Shown: positions 35,577 to 48,530, numbered from the whole stretch's first letter. The stretch is DNA of 63,959 bases, filler included, from Ionaspis alba (GCA_964255285.1; 12 parts of 12 records of this genome joined end to end with filler, not necessarily neighbours in it), one strand, 5' to 3'. Program-made: numbers and translations. Notes: generated from the letters alone by a model not told the origin.

Positions 35577-37522
35577 ATGCCGTGCTTCAAGGGCCTCGCT
35601 GTTAGTATTCACACACCAGACGGCCCACTGCCGGAGCACTCTATACAGAAGCAATCAAGAGTATCACGAATCACATCTTACATTCCAGTGCCTCCTCCGA
35701 AAGTCAACCCAAACACCTCGAAACCCGAACAGTCGACTTTCGCCATATCCATCACCCTCCTCACGCCAGGCCTCAACGTCCCATATTCTACACCGAAACC
35801 GACCCCAGATGACGTATATCCACGACCTCAGGTTGTGGGCGGCTTGCCTGGCATATCGGGAGAAAGAGGGAAATATACCAGTGTCATCGGACCGTATATA
35901 CCGTTGACGACATCCCCGAACGAGACGATCGCGGCGTATATATACTTTGATGGCAGACAAAAGGAGGAAGTGGCTACCTTGCTGCGGCGAGGGGAGGAGA
36001 CATGGGTGAACTCTAGATGGGTTGGGGTGCCCGAATCCGAAGGTGGGGGTCTGGCGGAAAGAGAGTTTCTATTCCGAGAAGTGGGCTTGGAACGATGGCT
36101 CAACGGATTGGACCTGGAGGGCAAGGACGTTGCTGCCACGATAGAGAGGAGACGACAGCGGATGGAAAAGAGACGGCGACGAAGGAAGGAAAATAAAGGC
36201 AGTGATGAAGAAGATAACGTCGTGCAGTGGTCTTCGAGGGAGAAGTTTGATAAGGGTGTGCTGAGATATGGAGCTGATGAACGATCACCCTTGGAGAAGC
36301 TATCGGATGACGAAGAACTGTTCTCCTCGGACGACGACTCGGACGATGATCCTGTGCCAGAGGCAACCGGTCAAATCAAGGTGGCGTTGTTCAGAGTCCT
36401 CGCGTCTGGAGAGATCAAGAAGGGGGAGTATTCGCCACAGTTCGACGCCCACGATGACGACGAGGATGCTGAGAAAGCGGCGCAGAACGGGAAGAGCGCT
36501 AATGGAGAAGGTTCAGGAGAAGCAGATATTGATCACACTACTAGTTTTGCGAAGCCTAAAACCTTGGATCCGAAGTCCATAAGTACACAGACGGTGACAG
36601 GCATTGATGGTCCTGATAAGCCATATGCAGTCTTCACTTTCTTGTATCGAGGGGAGAGTAAGAAATTCCCGGTGCTCCACTATAAATATGTTAATGGCAA
36701 ACACTAATTATGTTTAGAACAACTCCAAAAAATGGGTATCCTCAAATCAACGAAGACATCCGACAAGCCCATAGCCACAACAGCAAAGCGAAGATCAATG
36801 CAACCCGATTTCGCAAACCTCAAACCTCTCAAAGCCGGCGGTACGATGGGCTTCACCAACTTCCGCGAAGTATCCGATCCACGGGAAAAGTCGTCGTCAA
36901 AGCAGGGTGGCAGCGATGCAATGGAGAGCGATGACGACGAAGACGTCGACATCGACAGCATCGTCAAACTGGCCGAACCGGAGGGAGAGGACTTCAAGAA
37001 CGGACTGCTATCTCCCGAAGATGCCAAGCGGCAAGGCGAGCTCGCCGAAGGGGTGAAAAAGATAAAGGTGTGTACTCTATCTCCCCCCCCTTTCCCCCAA
37101 TACATAAGTCCTTTTCCGAAGATTAATCATTCTCCCAGCTCAAACGCCAGCACTCTTTCGATCCACCCGCTCTCTCCCCTGGAGCCCCTGCCACCCGCAC
37201 TCCGGCTTCCAACAGCGCTTCTCCACCCCCTGCCGATACCCCTCCTGCGCTTTTGCCAAGCACAACCTATGACCCCACTGCCGAGAATCTCTTTGCCGAC
37301 AAGGAGAGGGAGGTCTGGGGTGGTAAGAAACTGCCTGATGAGAGTATTGTGGGAAGTCCGTTGAAGAAACAGCGGGCTAGTATGTCAGGCTTGGAGACGG
37401 AATTCAGAAAGAGTAGTGTGGAGATCGCAAAAGGTTTGGGATTGGGATTGGGCATGGGAGGACCGGTTGAGGGTGGGTTTGGCGGTGCGTTGGTGAAGGA
37501 GGAGGGTGGTGGCAGTGGTGGA
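35577..37522 (+). CDS. Conserved fungal hypothetical protein (DUF7918-like); 3' truncated
   Basis: Sequence MPCFKGLAVSIHT...AAYIYFDGR..EREFLFREVGLE..GQIKVALFRV..PYAVFTFLYRGE|KQLQKMGIL. Introns lie at about 36658-36717 and 37068-37138. Confidence 0.7.
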
Positions 37523-37838
37523 NNNNNNNNNNNNNNNNNNNNNNNNNNNNNNNNNNNNNNNNNNNNTTAATTAATTAANNNNNNNNNNNNNNNNNNNNNN
37601 NNNNNNNNNNNNNNNNNNNNNNAAACACACAAAGCCACCGACCGAAAAAGGTCCAATAGGAATTATTCCTGCGCCTACTGCAGCACAGACAGAGCTAGTA
37701 TCAAAACACCACTATTCGTATGTACAGTAGCCATTCTTGTTCTAAAACCTCTGTCCGTCCAAAGTAATGTACAGCGAAAGAGAATCAAGAAGCTGTTTAA
37801 GCTTGCTGAAAAAGCCCGATCATTCGAGAACGAAGTGT

Positions 37839-39614
37839 TCAGAACAAGTTCATGACCGAGTCGAGAATTTTGGTTCCAGACGATCCAGCGTCATCGGGGT
37901 AGACGTAGAAAGCAAGAGCAATTATGATGTAGCTACACTTCATCAGTATCCTAACGAATGAGTCGTTCCCTCACGACGAGTACTCACGTTCCAATGAGCA
38001 TAGCTCCCTCAAGGTAATTCGATTTTCCATCCTGGATGAGGTCTTGTGCCGTAGTCAGCATACTGTCTTCCTAGTTGATGGTGGAGCGTGCCACTTACAG
38101 TTCACAACTAAGACACTCAAGAAGAAGACCACCGTCTCGAAAGTCTCGAAATGCAGCGTCATGTTCTTGCCCATTATCCATCCGAGAATAACGAGGAACG
38201 GAGTAACGAGGAGTGCAATTTGCATGCCTTGAACAAGGGGAAAGCTGGTCAGCTACCTATCATGTCATCATAGAAAGATTAACCTACTAGATCCGATTGC
38301 AACACCAATAGCCAAGTCCATCTTGTCCTTATACGAGACAACCACAGCAGTGACATGCTCGGCAGCATTTCCCACAATAGGCAGCAATATAAGACCAATG
38401 AAAGTCTTGCTAATATGCGCAGTTTCCACAATCGAGTCGATACTGTCGACGAGATATTCGGCACACACCGCCACCATCAAAGTAACAACCACAAGAGCAA
38501 TTCCCGCAGCAATAGGACTCAGTATCTCTGCCTCCTGCTGCTGACCACCCTCTCCAGATGCGGCTTCCTCGTCGAAGAGATCGGCATGTGTTTTGAGCTG
38601 GAAAAATAGGTACATCACGTAGAGAATTAGGAGAATGATTGCCGTTCCGTGGGATAGGATGAGGATGTTATCCTCTTTCTCGTGCTTGCCGCTGTTACCG
38701 GACATTACTGCGTAGAGTGTCGCGGGGATGATCAAGGATGCTGAGGCAACTGCCATGAGTGAGGACATGGTAGACGCCACAGTCTCGTTGAATTTTTGCT
38801 CGTGGAAACGCCATCCTGCCACAAAACAACATCCGAGCACCAGGAGTATATTCGAGAGAATGGATCCGAGCATGCTAGACTGCACAATCCGGATTTCACC
38901 GTTTTTCAGAGCCACAATGCTCACCTATACTTAAGAATCAGTCTACCTTGCAATTCCAACCACCTTCTGGAAAGCAGACACTCACAATCAGCTCCACAGC
39001 ATTGCCAAATGTCGCATTCAACAATCCTCCGAGCGTTTGACCCAATTTCACCGAGAGCTCCTCTGTGGCGAAGCTGAGAAGTGAAGCAAGTGGTATGATG
39101 GCGAAGAAATTGAGTAGGAAGACAGCAGTAGGATTCCACCCCATAGCCCCAGCGATAATCCCCAACGGCACAAACACCAATAGTACATTGACATAATTGC
39201 TCTTCAGCGTCTTCCAAGTAACATTCGCCGTCTTCTTCGGAAGTTGTTTCCACCCATCCGCATTCTCAATCGGATGCGCGAGCAACGAGGTATGCTCGTT
39301 CGCATCATGGCTATTGTATCCCGGAGGCATGACGTGATGATCTTCGGGGTTGGGAGTCTGGTGGCCGGAATTGGAGACACCACGCTTGAGCTTTCGTTTC
39401 CAATTGTCTGTATTCAGTAGCGGCGAGGGCAACCAAATCAGCAAGTGTGCGCTACATCTGAGACTACCGCGCCGGTCACACGATCTGCAATGAACGATGA
39501 GAGCTGCTCCCGAGGCAGAGTGAATTTTGATGCTGCCGGGTGCCGTAGGGGTGGGTGGGTATGCATGTCATATGAAGAATGTGAGGGAGAGGGAATGAAT
39601 GGTGACTGACCCAT
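37839..39614 (-). CDS. VCX1: Vacuolar Ca2+/H+ exchanger (CAX family)
   Basis: Has alpha repeats GGLLNATFGNAVELIV and LPIVGNAAEH, plus SMLGSILSNILLVLG and QDGKSNYLEG. Six exons; the first coding exon is ATG-G (39611-39614) spliced to ACAATTGG (MDNWKRKLK). Confidence 0.93.
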
Positions 39615-40595
39615 ATTAACCTATTTATTTCACTTCTCCTCTCTCAGGCGCGCCGAGGAATTCGTCTTTCTATTGCTCGGTCTGGGCAGCCGGAAAATCA
39701 GGAGAGCGAGTTGACGAAGCCTTTTAAGCAAGGCTGACTAGAGGAACAAATCCTCTGTGTGCTGGTGAGCCTGACGTGGGTCTTAGGAACATAGGCCTGC
39801 TTGGGTCTGGGTAGTAAAAAAACGGCTCGGTCTTGGTATGGACGGGTAGGTGTTAGGAACCACGCGGATAGCGGAATTGGGAGGAGCAAGGATTGCGTCC
39901 GAAATGCGATATCAATCATGTCATGTCACAGTTGACCAGTCACGTAGGGTCAGGAGCTCTTTGTCGCGCGCATCCGGTGTGGCAGCTTGCTTGAGCTGGT
40001 TGGGCTTGCTGGGTACCGATGACGAAGAGGCATGATGCCAAGGGAGGCTGTGCGGTCTTGCCAAGAGGTTCAATATCGATAGACTTTGGATCTGGGTCCT
40101 TGGTATTATCGCCAGCCATTCTTGGGGTATGTATCGCGAAGTAATGTTGTCCGAGCTTACTGCAGATAGGGTGGATGTTGTTCTGCTGCGGTTTGTGTGA
40201 ACGGTAGAAGATTACGAGTCCATCTTACTATTTCGCGGGATATAATTGTCAAAAATGTCTTGGCACCGTCCACAGCCTTCAGAAATTGTCAAGAGGATAG
40301 TCAGATAGTGGCATGCATACTGGCTATGGCAAGTCAAATGTCAAAGTGGATGGTCAATAACTGTCATGGCACTCTAAACGGAAATACTGCTGCATTTTTG
40401 GATTATATCCTACCCATGTTTGTTTCTCAATATGCAGAAACTGCTTTCTGCAGAACTTCAATACTCCAGACGCTTTCATGGGGTATCTAACATAGTATCG
40501 CAGGTCATGTCAAATCTGGCATCCTCCCATGACTCCATCCTCCTACCGATTTCAGTACCTTTTTCCCTATCCCATAGAACCCTTTTGAAGCTTCC

Positions 40596-42746
40596 CTATA
40601 TACAACATAGCCCCATGAAGATGAGTTCAAAAAGCCCAACTGCGGTGCCGAGAACAACGCTGAGCCCCACGCCCCTCTGGGCAGTTCCTGTCTTCGAAGG
40701 GGTCGGAGTCCCTGTCGCCACATACACTCCCGTTGGAACACTTGCCGTCGTAGTAGCAGCAACCGTACTCCCTCCAGTCGACTTCGCTGTCGTGGCCGTC
40801 ATGCTCGACGGCACTGTGCCCGGCATACCTGCATTGGCCTGGACTGACGACGGAGGACTCGGCCATCCGCTGGAATCGTTATAGAGCACCCCATTGATGA
40901 TCGCACCTTCTCCATTTTGTATCATACTTTTCTGAGCATCGGTACACGTGCCAGCAATGTTTCGAATCCAGCACTTGGAAGGTACTTGATCCGGAGGGTT
41001 GTTTATGTACGTGGAATTTGCATCTCCGGTTGTGGCAAAGGTGCTCAGATCGACAGGCTCGCCAGTGGAGATGTCTGTGCCGGTAATGACGCGCGTGAAG
41101 ACGGTGAATGCTGTCTCCGGCTGGTAAGCTGGAACGAGATGACCAGAATCGTAAATACGGGAGAATGACAGATTACCAAATTGACGGACGACGCCGCCTA
41201 CGTAGGTATTATTGACCACGATCTGCGCGTATCCGGCGGAGTAGAAGGGGGATGTGGTGGGAGATTGTGCAGCGATAGCAAAGGAGACGGCTTGGCCGCC
41301 GAACCAGTTGCAGATGTAGTCACGATCTCCGTAGATCAGAGCTACACGGACGCCGAGGGAGAGGAGGTAGGACATCTGGGCTATCTGATCACCTCTGTCG
41401 TAATCTCCAGTCGAGAGGAAGGCCGTTGCCACAGCACTGTTGGTCTGGGTATAATTCACCGGAACGCCAATGGCGGCCTGAACGTCTGCAGAGTTGAGGT
41501 ACTCGAGGTAGGTGCTTGGAGGGAAGGGATCTGGCGCCATTTGCGCAATATCGTATACGTCCCTCCCAGAGTTCTGGTACGGTCCAACGACATGGTCGTT
41601 ACAGAACTGTTGCGCCGATTGACATATCTCGTTCACTGAACTGATGTCGCCATTGTTCATTGGATCCAAGGATTTCGCTACATCTCGACAATTCTGTATG
41701 CGCTGCTGACAGCCATCTGCAGCGAGGAAGCTACTTGCGGCGGCGAGTTCGTCTTGAAGGCTGATGGCATGGATACCATATGTATTATTGTATGCGAAAA
41801 TCGGATAGTAGCGACCTTGAACAGCGTCGTCGACGCAACCTTGGATGATCCCAAGGGACGTAAGGCGAATCTCGAGTGTACTGTTCCTGGGAATTGTTCC
41901 ATTCAGACGCGCCGCATTCTGCCCTTCCCATAGCAGAGCAAATGCCGGGCCATATTTTCCTCCATAGCTTTCTGCAAACAAATTGACTCCCACCGGTCCT
42001 GTTTGTGTACTATTGGGACGAACTCCAGGGTTGTATTGAGGAAAAGCGCCTAAGAAACCTTGCAACATATGCCAAATGGTATGCGCAGCAATCTGTGTGG
42101 TGTTTGCTGTATTATGATAATCGTTCGAGCCAAAAGTACCGTTGAGAGCTGTCAAAGATGGTTGATTTGATGCCACGCCGGCGGCCGGAATTGAGATATC
42201 GGAGGTGAGCAGGTCCAAGGATCCGTTGGAAGGTTTGTCGTATGAAAATCCCACCTGGTTGGGCTGGTCTATGAAAAGAATGTTCGAGCTTCGGTCCCAA
42301 CCCCAGTTTCGTGCTTGCGTCCCGAATTTCCCTTTGGCGATCTCAACCACTTCACATGGACCACTTTCTTGAAATAACCCCACCATGCTGCTGCTTCCAG
42401 GTCCGCCATTTATATATATGGTCAACGGCGATGTATTTGCGTTATCTCGAGCTTCGATGAACCAAAAGAATGTATTGACAGAGTAATTCTGCTGTACTGG
42501 AGCGAGTGTGAATGGTGGTAGTGTGACATATCCAGTGTACTGCTTCTGCGTGGAGAAGACCGTCGTACAGGTACCTATTGCTGGAGACTTGTAGCTGATC
42601 GTGATGTTGCCATCGACCGGTGAACGGATGGTCGTGACGCCGGAGACAGTTGGAGGATATTGCCCATAGCTAGGTTCAGAGTGAAGGAGTAAGAGTATGA
42701 GTGACGTGAGACCAGCTGAAATCGCATTGAAGAAGTACTGTTCCAT
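40596..42746 (-). CDS. Serine carboxypeptidase (family S10, carboxypeptidase S1-like), probably GPI-anchored
   Basis: Has a signal peptide, INGGPGSSSM, FIDQPNQVGFSY, and catalytic AESYGG (Ser), GDRDYIC (Asp) and DSGHLVP (His). It ends in an S/T-rich stalk and hydrophobic C-terminus. Confidence 0.92.
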   Translation of the reverse strand: MEQYFFNAISAGLTSLILLLLHSEPSYGQYPPTVSGVTTIRSPVDGNITISYKSPAIGTCTTVFSTQKQYTGYVTLPPFTLAPVQQNYSVNTFFWFIEARDNANTSPLTIYINGGPGSSSMVGLFQESGPCEVVEIAKGKFGTQARNWGWDRSSNILFIDQPNQVGFSYDKPSNGSLDLLTSDISIPAAGVASNQPSLTALNGTFGSNDYHNTANTTQIAAHTIWHMLQGFLGAFPQYNPGVRPNSTQTGPVGVNLFAESYGGKYGPAFALLWEGQNAARLNGTIPRNSTLEIRLTSLGIIQGCVDDAVQGRYYPIFAYNNTYGIHAISLQDELAAASSFLAADGCQQRIQNCRDVAKSLDPMNNGDISSVNEICQSAQQFCNDHVVGPYQNSGRDVYDIAQMAPDPFPPSTYLEYLNSADVQAAIGVPVNYTQTNSAVATAFLSTGDYDRGDQIAQMSYLLSLGVRVALIYGDRDYICNWFGGQAVSFAIAAQSPTTSPFYSAGYAQIVVNNTYVGGVVRQFGNLSFSRIYDSGHLVPAYQPETAFTVFTRVITGTDISTGEPVDLSTFATTGDANSTYINNPPDQVPSKCWIRNIAGTCTDAQKSMIQNGEGAIINGVLYNDSSGWPSPPSSVQANAGMPGTVPSSMTATTAKSTGGSTVAATTTASVPTGVYVATGTPTPSKTGTAQRGVGLSVVLGTAVGLFELIFMGLCCI

Positions 42747-42936
42747 GTTAGTCTGCATATAAAACCTAACCATATGGAAGGCCAACGCACCATTCTGGAG
42801 AACGAGAATCATTCGAATTCGAAACAAGAAGACCACNNNNNNNNNNNNNNNNNNNNNNNNNNNNNNNNNNNNNNNNNNNNTTAATTAATTAANNNNNNNN
42901 NNNNNNNNNNNNNNNNNNNNNNNNNNNNNNNNNNNN

Positions 42937-45900
42937 CCTTCATCTTCTTCCCCCCCGCCCCAATAACCGCAAACTCCGCCACCGTGGCCCCCGTCGCATT
43001 CGCCATCCCATCATCCTGATTCCCCCTAATCGTCAGCGTCGCATACCTGCCACTCCAAACGGGGACGGGGAGGGTAAAATTCGTCGTATTACTCATATAC
43101 GGCAGCACCTCATTAGCCAGCGTTTTATTATAGGGCGCACTGGCTTTGATATTGCTCAAAAAGACTCTCTTCCTGATATCCTGTTCGGTGATGCGGGATT
43201 GATTGTGGAAAATGACGGAGGCATCGACGGGGAGGATGCGCGCCCAGTCGAAGTAGAGTTTTGTAACGGGCTGGATGGGTTGGGAGGACAGGTCGACGGT
43301 GAGTGTGCCGGGGACGCTGGCGTAGTAGGGTTGCCAGGTTGTGGAGCCGTCGCCGTCGACGGCGCTGAGGGGGAATTGGCCTTTGCGGTAATCGGAGGTG
43401 GAGGTGACGGGGAGGCATTGGACGAGATTCCCCGGGACGGTTTTGATGCTGGCGACTTTGCGGTTGGGGATTGTGATTGTGCCGGTCGGGGAGAGTTGGT
43501 ATTGTGCTGTTGTTGCATCGCCGATTTGGACGGGGATGGAGCCTGTGGCGTATTTTTTGTTGGCGGTTGAGAGGGGGCCGCTAAGACGGTGGACGGTGGT
43601 GTGGGTTTGGTTGGAGGTGGCTTTGATGGGCCAGCCGTGCCAGTAGAAGGTGCGGTAGGTGAGGTGCGGGATTTGCGGGGGGAGGGTCGGGTCGATGTGC
43701 AGGATGTAGTCGGGCTCAAGGCGGAGTCCGAGGTAGCCGAAGATGTTGACTTGGAGGGCGCCGCCGTGGCCGGTTAGGAAGGGGAAGGCTGGGTGGGTGC
43801 CGCCGTTGGTGGTAAAATCATCAGTTAGTTGCTCGGAGAATTGAAACCATGATCGGAGGTACGGTTGAGTAGAGTAGAGATCGTAGGTGTATGCAGAGCA
43901 TCCAGATGGTGAGACTCTGCTTGCTACGATACTGAAGATTGCGTATGTCATTCCGGGTCCGTTTTGCGATTGCTTGCCGGCGTACTATTGAAGAGTGAGC
44001 TTGGTCATCGTGGAGATGTGAATGGACGACTTACGTAGTGGAAGTCATTGAGCGAGTCCTTAGGGGTATAATCCTGGTGAAAATTGAGGGGATACGTGAC
44101 GAGAACGACGTCTGCCTGCTTAACGCTGATTGATCCGTTCATACCTGGAGGTGAACGAACATATCAGTACGGTAGATGAGTCAGGAACTGTGGCCGGAAG
44201 GATGGATAACATACCAGTATACTCAAGGATAATGCCAGCCTCTTTGTTCTTAGAAATCTGGATATTGGTCGCTTGATTCTCATATGTGGGATTGGCTGGT
44301 TTGCCGAGGATACCACGGAAGATGTTGTCTCGCTTCAGCGTCTCCGCGATAAGTGGCATAGTAAATCCACCATTGTCAACATTATTCGCATACTCGTCCT
44401 GTTTTTGCGACGTTAGCTCCTTTTATCTGTAGTTATCTCTGTGTCTAGCACTTACCGGATCGGTCATATTCGTCAAAGCATACAAAGAACCATTCTTCTC
44501 CAATACTTCCGAATAGAAAGTCGCAACAGAGTCCATAACAGGGAAATGTTCATTCTTCAAGGTTTGCATATCTTCAGTGACGACCCAGTGATCGATCATC
44601 GAAAGCACAATGTCACCATTGATATGGTATTCGTAATCGAAACAAGGACCAGTGCCAGTGCAGTTACCATATCGACCACTAGTCCAGCTGTAGACGGCTG
44701 CATTACTCGAGAAATGAGTCTTGTTCTTCGAGGTCTGATACGCCGTCTGTGCATTCGCCTTGGCCTGTCCGTAGCGATTGACGCGATAATTGTGAATCTG
44801 CTTGGCAGCCTGAGGGTGAGCAACCACGAGACCAGGTGCCATCCAAGTTTCGGCGTCCCAAAAGACAAGACCTCCGTAGGAATCACCGGTCAAGCCAGCA
44901 ACACTGATGCTGTTGATGTCGATTGGCGCGTGGCTGACTGCAGCCTTGGCAGCTTCGCTAACGGTATTCATCAGGAGCATAAATGTATGCACAACAGCCG
45001 CGATCGCCTTCTCAACAAGCGCAGGGTCATTGGGCAGTTTTCCTGTGGCAGGGAGAGTGTAGTCATCGACAGAAGACCTCGGCATCACTTTCGCCCACTC
45101 CTCAGCGTGATGCTTGAAGGACGTTTCGTAGCCGAGAGTCATTGCTTGCATGCAGCCGGCCTTGGCTTGAGCCTTGGGGTTCTTGAATCCGTCTGATGAT
45201 GCACCTCCGACATACTTTGTGACTCTGGTAGTCTTCCCGGCTTTCAAGCTTGCGGAGACAGATTGAGCAATAGTAGAAGCGTTCTTGCCGATATAAGGGG
45301 CGTCCGTAATCCGTTTCAGCGTCGACATGTCCACTCCACCGGACCCTTGCATGGAAGCGTAGATGTAAGCAGTCACATTCTTGACGCCATTGGGGCTGAC
45401 AGAGGTGAAGATGGATTTCCCGTCAACGCCACTTCCGACAAAGTCGGCCCGGATTGCGCTTCTCCCATCGAGGATATTGACGATCGAGGCCTTGCAATCA
45501 CGGGATGGGACGACTTGCAGATCGACGAGAGCTTCGTTGACGTGCAGTTTGCTTGTGAACAAGGAAAATTTGATGTCGAACGAGAGGCCATTGGAGTTTC
45601 TCGGTTTCCATGTGTAGCTCCAGCTCAAGAGACCGCGCGCATAGTCCCAGTGAGTCATGTGATTCGATAGGGCGCTCGGGTGCACAGTCGCGTCGAGGTA
45701 ACGACCGTTCTCGAGGACGATGGTCAGAGCTCCCCAATGTGGTACACCACTGATGACAGACTCGTCGCCATATTGCAATAGATATTCGTAGTTTGTTCCT
45801 TTGGTTGTGGCCTGCCGGTCCCAGAAACCGCTGATGGTAGCAAAAGTCCTTCGAAGGTTGAATAGTGGCCATCCGTTTATGACATCGCCATTGACAGGCT

Positions 45901-46168
45901 GCTCGTACTCGAAGAAAGGTCCTGCGTCTGCAACGTTTATGCCGAGGTAGCCATTGGCATTCGACATGCGCGACTGATAGTGACCAGGCGTGTATCCTTT
46001 CTTTGTGAGTACCCAATTATTGTTGTCCCAAGTGAAGCCAGGGAATCGAGTATTATAGACAGCACTCCCGGCTTCGGCCCGTTCTTCAAGAGCACATGTC
46101 GGATGTGAGAGGATTGCACAGATGGTAGCTGTAGCCGCAAGGGCTCGCATGGTTAATAAAGACAGCAT
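42937..46168 (-). CDS. ATH1: Acid (cell-wall/vacuolar) trehalase, glycoside hydrolase family 65; last codons truncated
   Basis: Has signal peptide MLSLLTMRALAA, YQSRMSNANGYLG, DSYGGLVFWDAETW, CFDYEYHING, NMTDP|DEYAN, VKQADVVL and HPAFPFLTGHGG. Three introns. Confidence 0.92.
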
Positions 46169-46409
46169 GATGAATCCTTTGGTCCGAAAAGAGGACGCTG
46201 AAGCAGAAGCAGATGGCTTCACGCAAACATCGAAAGTATTATATACAGGACGAGCAAGCGCACACAATGGGGGAGGTATGAACGGAGAAGAGGTGGAAGC
46301 TTCTCGGTCGGTATGGGAGGAGCATGCTGTTATGTAACGGCGGACCGCAAGTACATATAGCTCCCAAAAAGCCGGCATAGCAGAGCTTTTGCCTGCTCAT
46401 CCACTCCTA

Positions 46410-46742
46410 GCGGGGTACCTTGCATGCCGTAATGAGTCGCGTCTCTAGGATGAGGGAGTTGAGAGAAACTATTATTACTGTGGGTTACTAAGAAGCAAGC
46501 AAGCAAGCACGGCCTGACGGGTGGTGGAAGATGGGAGGTACAAGAGTACCACAGACGTCAGTTGGCAAGCCAAAAAAGGAACCACGGGTCTTGGCAAACG
46601 CAAGATTTGCGGGGAAACCACTGAACAGCCCCCCCATAACCCCCATAAACCGCTTAAACCCCCAGGCAGCCCGTAGATTAGCCCCGAAGGCACCACCTTC
46701 CCATCTGCCATTCTCACCCCCCACAGCTTCTTCAATCCCCGC
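46410..46742 (-). promoter_or_regulatory. Cluster of putative CreA/Cre1 (SYGGRG) sites upstream of acid trehalase
   Basis: GCGGGG at 46410 and 46609, CCCCAG at 46660, CCCCAC at 46719 and CCCCGC at 46737. A TATATAA-like element lies on the minus strand at about 46239-46245. Confidence 0.4.
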
Positions 46743-47352
46743 ACCACCAGCCGTTAACGACTACCTTTCCTCGTTAGATCCAAAGCTTCTTAAGATGAAA
46801 AGAAAGACGCCGACGATGGTTGCGGCACATAAACTTGCGGTAAGTCGAATCGAAGATCTGTAGTAGTTCGTTTGTGTATACTGTCATGAGAGACTCGGAC
46901 CTTTTCACTAACAACGAACTGCACGTGTGCCGTGGTCGAACTCGTACATGATCATCCTGACGTGGATGGATAATCTTCAGCTTCGGGCAACCGCAAGTAC
47001 TACTGGTACTGGCAGTTCGCCTGAAAGTTGCAATTCAGGATCAGTGTAGGCCAACCATGACCACGGGAGATGAGGATGAGGCTCAGGAGGATATCGAGCC
47101 ATCTTCAGATGTGGTAAATACCGTCTTCCACATTGTCATTGTGGATCCTCGACAACACTCTGTGATTGGAGCATAAGCATTAGCGTGCGGAACCGTCACT
47201 ATCACTAGCCAGCATCATCATTATTATCTAAGGGCACCTTCCTTTCTCCAACGTTGTTTATCTGTAATTCTAGCCTTGATTTTCTTTCTTCCTCGTCGCT
47301 ATACAAGACGAGGTACAGATATGTGAAAGAAACATCTGACTTCCAAGCGATC

Positions 47353-48142
47353 ATGACGCGCAATCTTCTAGACCTCCCGGACGAGATACTTTGTCTTTGC
47401 TTTCAAAATTTGCAAGAACCCCGAGGAAATATCTCGATCCAAGCTCTTCGTCTGACTTCTAAACGGTGCAACTACATCAGTTCTGAGCTGCTCATAAACT
47501 CTGTTCATGTCTATCATCTCTTACCGGACTCTCTTTCCCGCCTGACAAGAATATCTCAGCACCCAGTCTTCAGTAAGAGCGTTGTGGCAGTCGAGGTAAA
47601 CGTATCAACCTACAGTGCTGCCCTGGCAGATTCCGTGCATTCGTTCAAGTCATCTTGTCGGAGCCGTTTATTCAACCTTCTAAGACGATTCCAATCACTT
47701 CATAGACCAACGAACCTCACATGTCAATCATTGGCAAAGTGTGCGGCTCAAATTGCTCGCGCGGTGGCCATTCACGACGAATGGAGCCACTTCGAAGAAA
47801 ACGCAGATGATTCCAGCAGTATCATCCCACTCAAGGACTTACATCGCGAATACGCCCGACGCTACGACCTCCAGGAAGAAACACGAAAAGCCAACAATCA
47901 CTTCCAGCTCATCGGACAAGCACTATCACTCATGCCACGGGTCCAGAAAATCCTCCTCTGCGACAGCAACACCAGCCCTGACCAGTCCCACGAAGGCCCA
48001 GAAATCCCCATAACAGACCAAGCCATTACCAACCAAAGTCTCCGAAGATCCACCTGGCTAGAACGCGACAGCCGATCCACCACCTCTCCCGCCATCGAAA
48101 CCCTCCCCGCCCTCCTCCACACTCTCCAAACCACCACCATCC
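47353..48142 (+). CDS. F-box-domain protein; 3' truncated
   Basis: N-terminal LLDLPDEILCLCFQNL...IQALRLTSKRCNYISSELL fits an F-box pattern, followed by LTRISQHPVFSKSV. Confidence 0.7.
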
Positions 48143-48242
48143 NNNNNNNNNNNNNNNNNNNNNNNNNNNNNNNNNNNNNNNNNNNNTTAATTAATTAANN
48201 NNNNNNNNNNNNNNNNNNNNNNNNNNNNNNNNNNNNNNNNNN

Positions 48243-48530
48243 TTATGCCGTGCGCTTCTTGTAGGTCCGTGGCGATGGAGGTCGCTTTCGGCCCGGATGA
48301 CTCGGACGTGTAATTTAGGACCAGGGAACAGCCTTTTGAAGCGAGGTTACGGGCCACGGCTGCGCCGATGCCTGGAGAGGGTGTTAGTGAGTTGAGGGTT
48401 GGATGAATGGGGTCCGAGACGGACCTCTGGAGCCTCCGGTTATAATGGCGAGCTTGCCTTCCAGGGGACGAGGCGCGGTGGAACCTGTCAGATTCGTCGA
48501 GGCGGTGCGTTTGTAGTCTGGTCTCGACAT
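48243..48530 (-). CDS. Short-chain dehydrogenase/reductase, 5' fragment (absent from the ORF track)
   Basis: MSRPDYKRTASTNLTGSTAPRPLEGKLAIITGGSR|GIGAAVARNLASKGCSLVLNY; the TGxxxGIG motif is split by an intron at about 48372-48424. Truncated at the spacer. Confidence 0.85.

Noticed and set aside
44441..45196. Long antisense ORFs opposite real genes (e.g. 70-630, 26864-27544, 44441-45196, 57970-58782)
   Set aside because: They are shadow ORFs caused by codon bias of the sense gene and carry no recognisable domains.
46169..46378. 70-aa N-terminal extension of trehalase from the upstream ATG
   Set aside because: It would bury the signal peptide, and a TATA-like element lies within it. ATG 46168 is more plausible.
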